From contig CAYUKU010000001.1 of NCBI GenBank assembly GCA_964445435.1, positions 44,384 through 108,383 of the forward strand: 64,000 bases of DNA. The letters run 5' to 3'. This DNA comes from an uncultured Gammaproteobacteria bacterium. GTDB taxonomy: Bacteria; Patescibacteriota; Microgenomatia; UBA10105; UBA927. Below are positions 8,513 to 17,635 of the stretch, piece by piece. Within the stretch, counting starts at the first letter, position 1. Every line of letters starts with the position of its first letter. The notes under the pieces were generated by a model that was given only the letters and a program-made list of their open reading frames with translations, searched no databases and had not been told where the DNA came from. Position numbers and translations under genes: made by a program.

Positions 8513-10501
8513 TCATGAACCGTATGCAAATATGACGCCGTACATGGGCATAATCGTCGTTGCGGTTACCGTTTTTTTGTGTTTTTTGGTTTGCTTTTTG
8601 TTTGCCCCCGCTTTTGTCGTCTGCATACCCTGTTCCCGAATCATGGAAAGATGCCAGATAATCGCAAGAAGCAACCATTGGCCAAATTCCCGCTGTATAA
8701 GCCCTTCTGGGTGCCTTTCTCTTACGCGTGCAAGGAGACCAACTTCCTTCATGTTCTTCCCCTCTGTCCGCATATCCCCAGGCGCGGCGAGAAACGACTC
8801 GAGAGACTCCAATGTCGCGTGATAGCTCATAAGTTTCAATGTCATCCAGAGAGCAAGCGCAAGAGAAAATCGAGATATCTCATACCGCTCCCGTTTAATC
8901 GGCTCTGGTAAAAACGCACCCTCAGAAACATCCGGCGCACTGACAAGACGTTGCGTTTCTCCAAAAAGCATCACAAGAGACTGTTCTACTCGTTTCTTCT
9001 CACGAGCAATCGCTTCTTTCTGATCCTTTACCGGAAGCGCGTCTATACCTTCCAAAAATCTGATGGACCGGACAAATGTCTGCACGTCTACACTCTCTGA
9101 TACCTCAACCAGTTTGGGATTCGTTTCTGCTTCCGGCTGTTTACGTATTCCTTCACTCATCATCATAAAAAACAAGTCGAAAACATGTGCGCCAACCTGG
9201 TCCGTTTCGTTTGCGTTACCCTTTGACGTTACTGCATCCTTCCCTCCAAGCCTTTCCTCTGCGGGCATCAGAAACACACCTTCGCCCAACAATCCTTCAT
9301 GCGGCGTCAAAGTGAAGGTGTCTAGCGCGAAAAGGGCTGCGGGAACCCCGACACTTGAAGACTCTTGAACCAGTGCCGTGGCGAGGCTACGTATCTCATT
9401 GGCTTCTTCAAACGTTTCCCACATCTCCCGCACCTCAATATATAAGTGTTCTGATTGTTCTTCTGAAACTCCCAGGACATCTCGTACCGTTTGCGTCCAA
9501 ACTTCTACCTTTTCCGGCTCCGTAAGAAGAGAAAATCCGGGAGAAGCAGGTTCCGTGGTGATTGCGAGCATAACCGTCAGGTTTCCCTTGTGGATCACAT
9601 CTTCCAAGTTTCTGGTGTACGTTGGAGCTTCGTATGACACACTTGACTCCTCAACGATCTCTGGAGCGTGCTGCCGTTTCATATAGTCAACAACGCCGAC
9701 AATCGTCTCCCGCGTGTCATCCACAATGTTGTATGCCACCACTTCTGCTGTCTCGGAAGAAAGTGCGATAACCCCATATACGGCTGCCGCTAATCCTTCG
9801 CGGACATCATCCTCTGCTATCATATGATCTAGCGCTATAGACGCCATTTCCGCAACCTGTCGTTCACGCTCCCTTAAGATGAGCGGGAAAACCGATACAT
9901 CCCGAGATAGGCGCGCTAGATACTCCGCTCCCTCGTCCGTTGCAGCGACGGTTTCTTTGGCTTCTTGGAGAATCTCCTCTGGAGTAACGGTCCGGAAGAA
10001 AAGAAGCGGCTTTTCGAAATTATCGCTTTCAGATACGTCGGCACCGCCTTTCACGCCGAGTCCCCGAAAAAAATCACCAAGAGTTTCATCGTTTCCGTGA
10101 AATTCAACCGCAAGCGCCTGAATCGTGTTCCCTTCGCCCCTGCTGTAGAGATATATATAATTTCTTCCGTATCCCAAATCCGGACTTGCAACTGCAGCCA
10201 TCTCTATGGAATCATCGTTCATCATGGCTTTCTCTGCTGCCAAAACACGATCAAGCCTATCAGCACCCACGTCATCGGGATCGGTCAATTCTTCGATTGT
10301 TTTTCCACCGCTGTCCGTCCATCTTCCTTCTTCATTAATCTCGTAATCGAAAGGGATAAGCGTTTGCTTGAGGATAAACTCGTGATCGTGTGCTACTGCG
10401 TCTTTCGCAAGCGCCCTGGAAACCACGTCGAGCGATCTGCCGTTATCGAGCATTTCCTCCAGATAATTTTTTTCGTTTTGCGGATTCCATTCGTGACTCA
10501 T
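8513..10501 (-). CDS. Large acidic hypothetical protein
   Basis: 662-aa ORF; Glu/Asp-rich body, hydrophobic helices near the C-terminus, Lys-rich tail; no recognisable motif. Confidence 0.8.
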   Translation of the reverse strand: MSHEWNPQNEKNYLEEMLDNGRSLDVVSRALAKDAVAHDHEFILKQTLIPFDYEINEEGRWTDSGGKTIEELTDPDDVGADRLDRVLAAEKAMMNDDSIEMAAVASPDLGYGRNYIYLYSRGEGNTIQALAVEFHGNDETLGDFFRGLGVKGGADVSESDNFEKPLLFFRTVTPEEILQEAKETVAATDEGAEYLARLSRDVSVFPLILRERERQVAEMASIALDHMIAEDDVREGLAAAVYGVIALSSETAEVVAYNIVDDTRETIVGVVDYMKRQHAPEIVEESSVSYEAPTYTRNLEDVIHKGNLTVMLAITTEPASPGFSLLTEPEKVEVWTQTVRDVLGVSEEQSEHLYIEVREMWETFEEANEIRSLATALVQESSSVGVPAALFALDTFTLTPHEGLLGEGVFLMPAEERLGGKDAVTSKGNANETDQVGAHVFDLFFMMMSEGIRKQPEAETNPKLVEVSESVDVQTFVRSIRFLEGIDALPVKDQKEAIAREKKRVEQSLVMLFGETQRLVSAPDVSEGAFLPEPIKRERYEISRFSLALALWMTLKLMSYHATLESLESFLAAPGDMRTEGKNMKEVGLLARVRERHPEGLIQREFGQWLLLAIIWHLSMIREQGMQTTKAGANKKQTKKHKKTVTATTIMPMYGVIFAYGS

Positions 10502-10527
10502 AAAAAAACTTCTCGAATCGAGAAGTT
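10502..10527 (-). terminator. Intrinsic terminator (riboswitch expression platform)
   Basis: AACTTCTCG-ATT-CGAGAAGTT perfect 9-bp hairpin with a U-tract ending at the ATG at 10501. Confidence 0.8.
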
Positions 10528-10539
10528 GGCTTTGGCCTC

Positions 10540-10638
10540 TCCTTTGACTCGAAGGATACGCGTATCTGAAACCTGCGACCGGACTATCACCGTTGCGGTA
10601 CAGTTCCCGAGTTTCACGGGATTCGGAGTTTCGGATAT
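10540..10638 (-). ncRNA. Cobalamin riboswitch, compact class-II-like/variant
   Basis: Minus strand: closing stem TATCCGAAACT/GGTTTCAGATA, GAAT-CCCG-TGAAACT-CGGG (P4 T-loop), AACTGTACCGCAACGGT (P5/L5), short P6 with AGTCCGGTCGC, then P13 TCCTT-CGAGTCA-AAGGA whose loop can kiss L5; directly after pduO/nrdJ. Confidence 0.8.
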
Positions 10639-10640
10639 GA

Positions 10641-11192
10641 CTATTTTTGGGTACGTTCCCGAGGAATACCGGACCAAACCGTTTCCTCGATATGATTGTT
10701 CTTATTTATAAATCTCGCAAGCATAAAAAACAAGTCCGATAACCGGTTGAGATATTTAATGATTTGAGGATCGACCTGTTGTCGCTGAGCCAAGGCAACG
10801 ACCTGCCGCTCTACGCGTCGCGCTATACTTCTGGTGACATGAATATGAGCGGCTTGCGGTGATCCGCCCGGGAGGATGAAATTGGCAAGCGGTGGTAAGC
10901 TTTTTTCCATCGCATCAATCTCCACCTCCATTTCGGTGACGCGGGTAGGAAGAACGGACAAATCAGCTTTCCAACCGGCAAGACTTCCTCCTACTGTAAA
11001 AAGGTCTGACTGGATTTTCACGAAAAGATCGCGAAGATGGTCAAATTTCGTTTCCGAGACAACGAGTCCCACCCAACTGTTGAGCTCATCCATTGACCCG
11101 TATGCATCGACTAACTCTTCGCATTTAAGAACGCGCTTGCCACCGAAGAGGCTCGTTTTTCCGGCATCGCCGGTACGGGTGTAAATCGGCAT
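10641..11192 (-). CDS. pduO: ATP:cob(I)alamin adenosyltransferase (PduO type)
   Basis: IYTRTGDAGKTSL, AYGSMDELNS, FILPGG, RRVER, YLNRLSDLFF. Confidence 0.95.
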   Translation of the reverse strand: MPIYTRTGDAGKTSLFGGKRVLKCEELVDAYGSMDELNSWVGLVVSETKFDHLRDLFVKIQSDLFTVGGSLAGWKADLSVLPTRVTEMEVEIDAMEKSLPPLANFILPGGSPQAAHIHVTRSIARRVERQVVALAQRQQVDPQIIKYLNRLSDLFFMLARFINKNNHIEETVWSGIPRERTQK

Positions 11193-11198
11193 AGAGTC

Positions 11199-13628
11199 CT
11201 AACACTCTGAGTATCCGCAGCTGTAGCATTTCTTGCAGGACTCTTCAAATACAAGACTCCCCTCCCCGCAGCTCGGACACAGATCGACGGTAACCATGCG
11301 TTTTTCCGTCAAAAGCATTTGCTGTGCTGGCACAGTCATCGGCTTTTCTGCCGGCTCCACTTGCGGTGCGTCCGTGTGGACAGTATGACCGTTCGTATGT
11401 CCATTTGCCTGTGCAGGCTTGGCATCGGTATTAATGGCAACTACGTCTTCCAAACGATGTTTCGTGAAAAATCCAAAATGCCGATCTATGACTTTTGCAA
11501 CCCCGTCCGGCAGACTTCGAACCCTGTTTTCACCAAAACCCATACTTCGCGCACCACCAATACCGATAAGCTCTGCTGCTATCTTATGAGCCCGTTCGAT
11601 AGCTGGGATGGGCGAGGCCATTCGGAGGGTTAGAGATATAAGCCGACCCATCGCCTCAGCCATTGCCGTCACATCACTCCCCGCTTTTCCGACGTTAATA
11701 AATACCTCAAGAGGTCGGTTGCCACCATTCGTATTAATGGTCACGTACGCCTGACCGACCGGGGTTTCTACCTGGTAGGTAGAACCGTGGACTACCATAG
11801 GTCTCGGTTTTACTTCGGGTACCGCTGGCTCTGCCGGCTTGGCAACTTCCTCTTTTTTTGGTTCTTCTTTCCGTTCCAATACGCCCTGCCTACTGCCCTC
11901 TCTCATGTAGGTAATTCCCTTACACCCTTGTTCATATGCCAACGTGTACAGGCGCTTCACGTCTTCTACCGTGTGCGTATTGGGTGCATTAACGGTTTTA
12001 CTTATGGACGCATCAACGTACTTCTGGATGGTAGCCTGCACGAAGACGTGATCTTCGGGTGTCAGGTCATTTGCGGATACGAACCATGCTGGCCGCTCTT
12101 CCTTCGTGGGTTCCCGTCCGCTGGTTTTCTTGAAATCTTCATACCATGCTTCGTACAGCGGATGTCTCAAAATATGCTCTCCCAGCCTGCTTCTTCGTAT
12201 GAACTCGAATTCATACACGGGCTCAATACCGCTTGATACGCCGGCCAGAAGCGATGTCGTTCCCGTCGGCGCCTGTTGAAGGATAACGCTGTTTCGCACG
12301 CCGTACTTTTTAATTTTCTTCTTTATCCTCTCTGGAAGTTGTTTGATGAAGTACGCCTCCAGATGTTTTTTGATTTCGATTTTTGGAAAAGCACCTTTTT
12401 CCTTGGCAATGTCGGCTGAAGCCTCATACGCCGCATCGCGGATAGTGCGGTAAATTTTGTCGATAACCGGCAGGCTTTCGGGCGATCCGTACCGGAGCTT
12501 CATCTTAATCAGTGCATCGCCCAGCCCCATGGTGCCAAGACCAATCCGACGTTCTCCCTGCTGCTGTACTTTTCGTATTTCGTCAAAAACGTAGAAATCC
12601 GCGTCGATCACGTCATCCTGAAACCGTACACCGATTTTGGCAACCTCTGCCAGGCGGTCATAATCCATTTCACCCTTGTCGTTCACGAGTGCAGCGACAT
12701 TTATGGAACACAGGTTGCATACCCCCCAGCTGGGAAGCCCTTCTTCACCACACGGATTTACGCAGTTTACGTACTCGAAATAGTAATTATTAAACCATTT
12801 GTTATAGCGCTCCATAAATACGACCCCGGGCTCCGCGCTTCTCCACGCGGCCTGTGCGATAAGATCCCACAGCGCCCGGGCTTTGAGCGTCTTATGGACC
12901 ACCGTTTTCTTGCCCATCGCAATCCAGTTGGGAAGATATCCATCCCATTTGGTGTCATAGTCAGGATCCGTCTTATCCGGAAACACGAGATTCCAGTCTG
13001 CATCGTTTTTCACCGCGTCCATAAATGCATCAGATACACAGACGGAAAGATTGGCTCCGTTTATCCGCGAAAGATCCTGTTTGACGGTGATAAATTCCTC
13101 GATATCCGGATGCCAATCCCACAACATAAGCATGAGCGCGCCGCGACGGCTACCACCTTGCTGGATAATATCTTTCGTCGCAACGGAAAAAAGCTCCGCC
13201 CAATTGCATGGACCGGAGGAAAATCCGTTTACCTTCGTAACCCGTGCCCCGCGTGGTCGAAGACTCGAAAGATTAATCCCCACTCCTCCACCGCGCGACA
13301 TGATTTCCACCATTTGGGAAAGCGTTTTGAGAATTCCCTGCCTGGAATCATGGGGACTTGGTATGACAAAACAATTGTAAAAGGTTACTTTGTATCCTGT
13401 TCCTGCGCCTGAAAGAATCCGACCCCCCGGTACAAACACGAAGTCCTGCATTGCCCCATAAAACTTATCCTCCCACTCCTGCCGCTTGGCTTTCGGTTCG
13501 ACTTGTGCAACGGCGTGAGCAACCCTTCGCCACATTTCCTCGGGAGTTTTCTCAATGGGAGCACCCTTTTCGTCTTTGACGGCGTATCTGTCTGCAAAAA
13601 CGTTTTGTCGGATTCCTGTTAATTCCAT
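11199..13628 (-). CDS. nrdJ: Adenosylcobalamin-dependent class II ribonucleotide reductase with TSCPD and C-terminal Zn-ribbon
   Basis: PGGRIL, NCFV, GGGVG, RRGA, NPCGE, APTGT, SSGIEP, ISKTVN, KGITYMREGSR; C-terminal CPSC..CYSCGYSEC; no intein seen. Confidence 0.95.
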   Translation of the reverse strand: MELTGIRQNVFADRYAVKDEKGAPIEKTPEEMWRRVAHAVAQVEPKAKRQEWEDKFYGAMQDFVFVPGGRILSGAGTGYKVTFYNCFVIPSPHDSRQGILKTLSQMVEIMSRGGGVGINLSSLRPRGARVTKVNGFSSGPCNWAELFSVATKDIIQQGGSRRGALMLMLWDWHPDIEEFITVKQDLSRINGANLSVCVSDAFMDAVKNDADWNLVFPDKTDPDYDTKWDGYLPNWIAMGKKTVVHKTLKARALWDLIAQAAWRSAEPGVVFMERYNKWFNNYYFEYVNCVNPCGEEGLPSWGVCNLCSINVAALVNDKGEMDYDRLAEVAKIGVRFQDDVIDADFYVFDEIRKVQQQGERRIGLGTMGLGDALIKMKLRYGSPESLPVIDKIYRTIRDAAYEASADIAKEKGAFPKIEIKKHLEAYFIKQLPERIKKKIKKYGVRNSVILQQAPTGTTSLLAGVSSGIEPVYEFEFIRRSRLGEHILRHPLYEAWYEDFKKTSGREPTKEERPAWFVSANDLTPEDHVFVQATIQKYVDASISKTVNAPNTHTVEDVKRLYTLAYEQGCKGITYMREGSRQGVLERKEEPKKEEVAKPAEPAVPEVKPRPMVVHGSTYQVETPVGQAYVTINTNGGNRPLEVFINVGKAGSDVTAMAEAMGRLISLTLRMASPIPAIERAHKIAAELIGIGGARSMGFGENRVRSLPDGVAKVIDRHFGFFTKHRLEDVVAINTDAKPAQANGHTNGHTVHTDAPQVEPAEKPMTVPAQQMLLTEKRMVTVDLCPSCGEGSLVFEESCKKCYSCGYSEC

Positions 13629-13650
13629 AAAACGTAAAAAGATAAAATTT

Positions 13651-14097
13651 TTATAAAAGTTTTTTTACTTCTCTCTCGAAATCTTCTATATCAACAAATT
13701 GTCGAAATACGCTTGCGAACCGTATGTAAGCTATCTTGTCCAATTTTTTGAGTCTCTTGGCGACCAGCTCTCCAATTCTTTTGCTCGGAACTTCCGTCGT
13801 GTCCCCGCTAATCAGTTCCCGTTCTACCTCATTAACAATTCTGTCTATGTCTTCTGCTTTTATGGTTGTTTTCCCGCTTGCTCTCCACAAACCCCTTCGC
13901 AATTTCTCACGGTCGAATGTCTCCCTGCGTTCATCTTTTTTTATAACCGTAATCGGAACGTTTTCTACCCGTTCATATGTGGTAAACCGCTTCTCGCATT
14001 TGGAACAGTTCCTGCGCCTTCGTGTCACCGCCAAATCTTCGCTGTCACGCGTTTCCAATACATCGGTATTTTCAAAGTTGCAATACGGACACTTCAT
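13651..14097 (-). CDS. nrdR: Transcriptional repressor NrdR
   Basis: MKCPYC..TRRRRNCSKCEKRFTTYE Zn ribbon plus ATP cone, AYIRFASVFRQF. Confidence 0.97.
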   Translation of the reverse strand: MKCPYCNFENTDVLETRDSEDLAVTRRRRNCSKCEKRFTTYERVENVPITVIKKDERRETFDREKLRRGLWRASGKTTIKAEDIDRIVNEVERELISGDTTEVPSKRIGELVAKRLKKLDKIAYIRFASVFRQFVDIEDFEREVKKLL

Positions 14098-14145
14098 TTT
14101 CTCTTAATTTTCGTCCTTCCATTCATTTCACTCGTGAAATAATGA

Positions 14146-14193
14146 ACGCTACCCATTGTGCCAAATCACATACTAAGACACTATATAAACCCC
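14146..14193. promoter_or_regulatory. Candidate tandem NrdR boxes
   Basis: ACGCTACCCATTGTGC (14146) and ACACTATATAAACCCC (14178), starts 32 bp apart, partial matches to acaCwAtATaTwGtg, upstream of nrdR-nrdJ. Confidence 0.45.
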
Positions 14194-14405
14194 GTCAACT
14201 GGAATCTTCTATATCAAAACACTACAAGGAAAATTTTTAGCCTCAATCGTGTTTTCGTGAGGAAAAAGTACGGTAATTCTTCTTTCATTTCTTCCCTATT
14301 GGGCAAGACCTTGCCAACAAACCAGTCTTATGTTTATAAAACGTGTTCGATATTCTTAATTCATCTCTTACTGTAAGTCTATTTCTTCGCAAATCAGCGA
14401 ATACT

Positions 14406-15017
14406 TCATCTTTTCAGTTTTATCAGAAGCGCCTGAAGATCTTTCAGCTGATTTTGCGCATTCACGAAGTTTTCCCGAGACCCTTCGGCTGCTTTCGTCA
14501 CCAGTTGCGCTACCACTTCCTCGTGTTTCATAAGCGCGTTGGTAAATTTCTCTGTAATATACGCCGGAACTTCTTTCCCCTGTTCCTTGAGTGTGATGGC
14601 CGTCGATAATCCTTTTTCCATGAACTTATTGGATTTCGCTAGCGATTCCACGGCAAGCGATACATTTCCCTTCGCTTCCAAAAACACTGCCATGTTCATT
14701 CGCTTGTCTGCCTGCAGAATATAAAATTCTGCCTTCCGCACCGGATCGGCGATCAGTCGTTCGAATATCTGATCGCGCAAGTCTTTCAGGAAATATAAGG
14801 GGTGGTCCGGGAGTATCCCAGGATATGGAAGCGCGTATTCTACTTTTGCCGGCATCATTGCCTCATCCGCGGGTGCGGTTGCTGTTTTGGTGCCTCCTTT
14901 TTCCATGACCGCCGTCGGCTTAACCGAAGTTGATGGCGTACTCGCGTGCACCGGCAGAGGAATGATGAGAGCATGAAGAACGAGTGTCGAAACAGCCAGT
15001 AGTGTACGCGTTTTCAT
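14406..15017 (-). CDS. Secreted DUF5667-like protein
   Basis: Signal peptide; YALPYPGILPDHPLYFLKDLRD..KAEFYILQADKR typical of this CPR family. Confidence 0.75.
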   Translation of the reverse strand: MKTRTLLAVSTLVLHALIIPLPVHASTPSTSVKPTAVMEKGGTKTATAPADEAMMPAKVEYALPYPGILPDHPLYFLKDLRDQIFERLIADPVRKAEFYILQADKRMNMAVFLEAKGNVSLAVESLAKSNKFMEKGLSTAITLKEQGKEVPAYITEKFTNALMKHEEVVAQLVTKAAEGSRENFVNAQNQLKDLQALLIKLKR

Positions 15018-15053
15018 AGATCCTCCTTTTTAGGCCCGCTAAGTATACCCTAC

Positions 15054-15596
15054 CTATGCAAGCTTTGCCACATCACTCGGATCAATTCCGATAATTGAGA
15101 ATATTTCCTTTTCAAGCTCCTTTACCCTGGGATAACACCGATCGAGCATATCCTGTGCATCCGGAGGTAAATACTCCTCGTTCCATAATTGGAACCGTTT
15201 GTCGACCGTAATAATTTCATATTTCACCATCTTGTCTGCCAGATAGAGAATTTTTTCTTCCCATGTTTGAGGGCGAATAGCCGGAGTCACAATCGCATGA
15301 AGCGGATGAGTTACGACCAGATCTGCTACTTCATCCATATGTTCCTGACGAAGGATACGGACAGCGGTATCAGGATGCGACTCGCCTGCAAGCCTGGAAG
15401 CTGCCTTGTCGATATCGTGAAGAAGTCCGCCTGCAACAACCAGTCTTTCATTTATGGAAACATAGGGAACCTTCTTCTGACACTCGCGCGCGAGAAATGA
15501 CGCAACGCGTGCAACAAGGCCCACATGAATTCTCTTCATCTGGGGAAGAGCATATATATCCCACAACCGTTTGGCTTGCAGTTCGTCAGGAATCAT
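15054..15596 (-). CDS. HD-domain phosphohydrolase
   Basis: H..V..VA, GLLHDIDK, H..AVRIL, EEKILYLADK. Confidence 0.85.
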   Translation of the reverse strand: MIPDELQAKRLWDIYALPQMKRIHVGLVARVASFLARECQKKVPYVSINERLVVAGGLLHDIDKAASRLAGESHPDTAVRILRQEHMDEVADLVVTHPLHAIVTPAIRPQTWEEKILYLADKMVKYEIITVDKRFQLWNEEYLPPDAQDMLDRCYPRVKELEKEIFSIIGIDPSDVAKLA

Positions 15597-15597
15597 C

Positions 15598-16761
15598 TTA
15601 AAGCATGATAAACAATAACACCGCAGACACTACCGCGCTTATGCCGCCGAAATAAAACGCCGCATCGGGCGATATCGTTTGCCAGAGGAATCCTGCGATA
15701 TACGACGCGGGCAAAAGCGTTATTCCGGTTACGAGATTATATAGTCCGTATGCCGCACCAAAACGTCGCTCGGCCACAACATCGGCAACAAGCGCTTTGG
15801 CCGCTCCCTGAGTTACTGCGTAGTAGAGTCCATACAGCATGGTAGCAATCACGATCCCGGATACGCCTTCAGTCTGGGCAAAAATTCCATACACGACTGC
15901 GTAGAGTCCCCATCCCGATACCAGAAGTTTTTTTCTTCCCACCTGATCGCTTAATGATGAAAGCGGAAGTCCAAAAAGCGATGCTACAAGATTAAGAAGT
16001 GCAAGAAGGAGGAAAATCTGGGAAAGAGGCATTCCGACAAGCTGGGCTTTCAGCACAAGAAACGCATCCGAAGAGTTTCCGAGTGTAAAAACGAAAGAAA
16101 TCGCCAGGAAAAGATAAAACTTCTTGGGAAATGAATCATGAAGAGTGAACCTCTCTCCCTTATGCCTTTCCCCTCTGTCCCGGACAAACAAAACAAGAAG
16201 CGCAAGTGCGATACAAAGCGGTACGACCGCAAGAAGGACGATGTGCTGAAAACCTGCCTGTGTCAAACTGACCGAAGAGCCAAAGAGAAGTGCCGCCAGT
16301 ATCATCCCAGCAACAGATCCCGCATCGTCAAGTGCGCGCGAGAGGCCGAATGACCGTCCTTTTTTCGTTTTGGGTGACGACGATGCGATAAGCGCATCAC
16401 GCGGAGCATTGGCTATTCCCTTGCCGCTTCTATCTATAAAACGCAGCAGAAGAACGACTGGCCAACTCGTGGCCCAAAAAAGAAGAAGCATGGTCAAGCG
16501 CATGAATTGCCCGCCGACAACCAGCGGCTTTCGCCGGTATACGGCATCGGAAAGCCTTCCGCTGATCGGTTGGAAAATATGCGGCGTCGCCTCTGCGACT
16601 CCTTCAACTAGCCCGATGACCGACGTTTTTACTCCGAGAATGTTTGAGAGATACAGAGGAATTGCCCTTTTGATAGTCTCTCCGCCGACATCATTGAAAA
16701 ACGACACGAGCGAAAGCACGAAGACATTCTGTGGAAAACCAAAAAACCGTTTCTCCCTCAT
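15598..16761 (-). CDS. MFS transporter
   Basis: About 12 TM helices; GRLSDAVYRRK and LSDQVGRKK MFS loops, DRSGKGI..APRDAL. Confidence 0.9.
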   Translation of the reverse strand: MREKRFFGFPQNVFVLSLVSFFNDVGGETIKRAIPLYLSNILGVKTSVIGLVEGVAEATPHIFQPISGRLSDAVYRRKPLVVGGQFMRLTMLLLFWATSWPVVLLLRFIDRSGKGIANAPRDALIASSSPKTKKGRSFGLSRALDDAGSVAGMILAALLFGSSVSLTQAGFQHIVLLAVVPLCIALALLVLFVRDRGERHKGERFTLHDSFPKKFYLFLAISFVFTLGNSSDAFLVLKAQLVGMPLSQIFLLLALLNLVASLFGLPLSSLSDQVGRKKLLVSGWGLYAVVYGIFAQTEGVSGIVIATMLYGLYYAVTQGAAKALVADVVAERRFGAAYGLYNLVTGITLLPASYIAGFLWQTISPDAAFYFGGISAVVSAVLLFIML

Positions 16762-16816
16762 GATCGCATTGACTTCGTGGTTTGCATCACATTATTATTC
16801 CCCTAGGTCTACCATT

Positions 16817-17635
16817 ATGTTACCATCATTTCTCATAACTTTCCGCGAGTTCATTGAAGCCTCACTCATCGTTGCGACGATTCTCGGCATTCTCACGAAA
16901 CTGGGACAAAAACGGGAAATTAAAACCGTCTGGATCGCAACTGCCGCGGCGGGATTTGTGAGCATCCTTCTTTTGGCGGGGGGAAGCCTTCTGGGTCTTA
17001 AGGTGCAGGAAATCTACTCAGGAAAAACAGAAGAATTGATTGAAGGCATTCTCATGATCACTTCCGCTGCTTTCATTACATGGGCGGTTTTCTTCCTGCA
17101 TTCGTATTTCGGACGATATAAGACAAAACTCCTCTCACAGCTCAAAGAAACGGTTGAGAGGCAGGAACAGCGGGCGCTATTCGTCTTGGCGTTTACTGCA
17201 GTACTTCGGGAAGGGTTTGAAATCGTGTTATTTCTTTCCACTGTATATTTCTCCTCCAGTCCCGCCGCTATCTTGACAGGATTTGGGCTTGGAGCTTTGC
17301 TTGCGCTTCTTGTATGTTTCTCGCTTTTTGCCGCAACGCTACGCATGCCGGTCTATTATGCGTTCCAAACGACAAGTGCCCTTCTTATCTTATTTGCGGC
17401 GGGTCTACTCGCCTACGGAGCACATGAACTCGTAGAGGCGGGCGTTCTTGTCAGCACGCCGAATGTCTACCTTCCCTTTCTCCCGGAAAAATCAACATTC
17501 ATAGGAAGCACCATCAAATCCGTTTTCGGACTGACGGAAAAAATGGAACTCTTATCTCTTGTTCTCTACGGCACGTACGCTACCGCCATGACGTGGTGGG
17601 TCTTTGGAAAAAAAGCGGATCACCGCGATGCCTGA
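16817..17635 (+). CDS. FTR1/EfeU iron permease
   Basis: Two RExxE motifs (FREFIEA, LREGFEIV); start refined to MLPSFLITFRE. Confidence 0.9.
   Translation: MLPSFLITFREFIEASLIVATILGILTKLGQKREIKTVWIATAAAGFVSILLLAGGSLLGLKVQEIYSGKTEELIEGILMITSAAFITWAVFFLHSYFGRYKTKLLSQLKETVERQEQRALFVLAFTAVLREGFEIVLFLSTVYFSSSPAAILTGFGLGALLALLVCFSLFAATLRMPVYYAFQTTSALLILFAAGLLAYGAHELVEAGVLVSTPNVYLPFLPEKSTFIGSTIKSVFGLTEKMELLSLVLYGTYATAMTWWVFGKKADHRDA

Noticed and set aside
16370-16816. N-terminal extensions in the ORF track (FTR1 from 16370, PBP from 24931, arsR from 46031, tsaD from 1846)
   Set aside because: They overlap neighbouring genes; family-typical starts and promoter positions support the shorter calls
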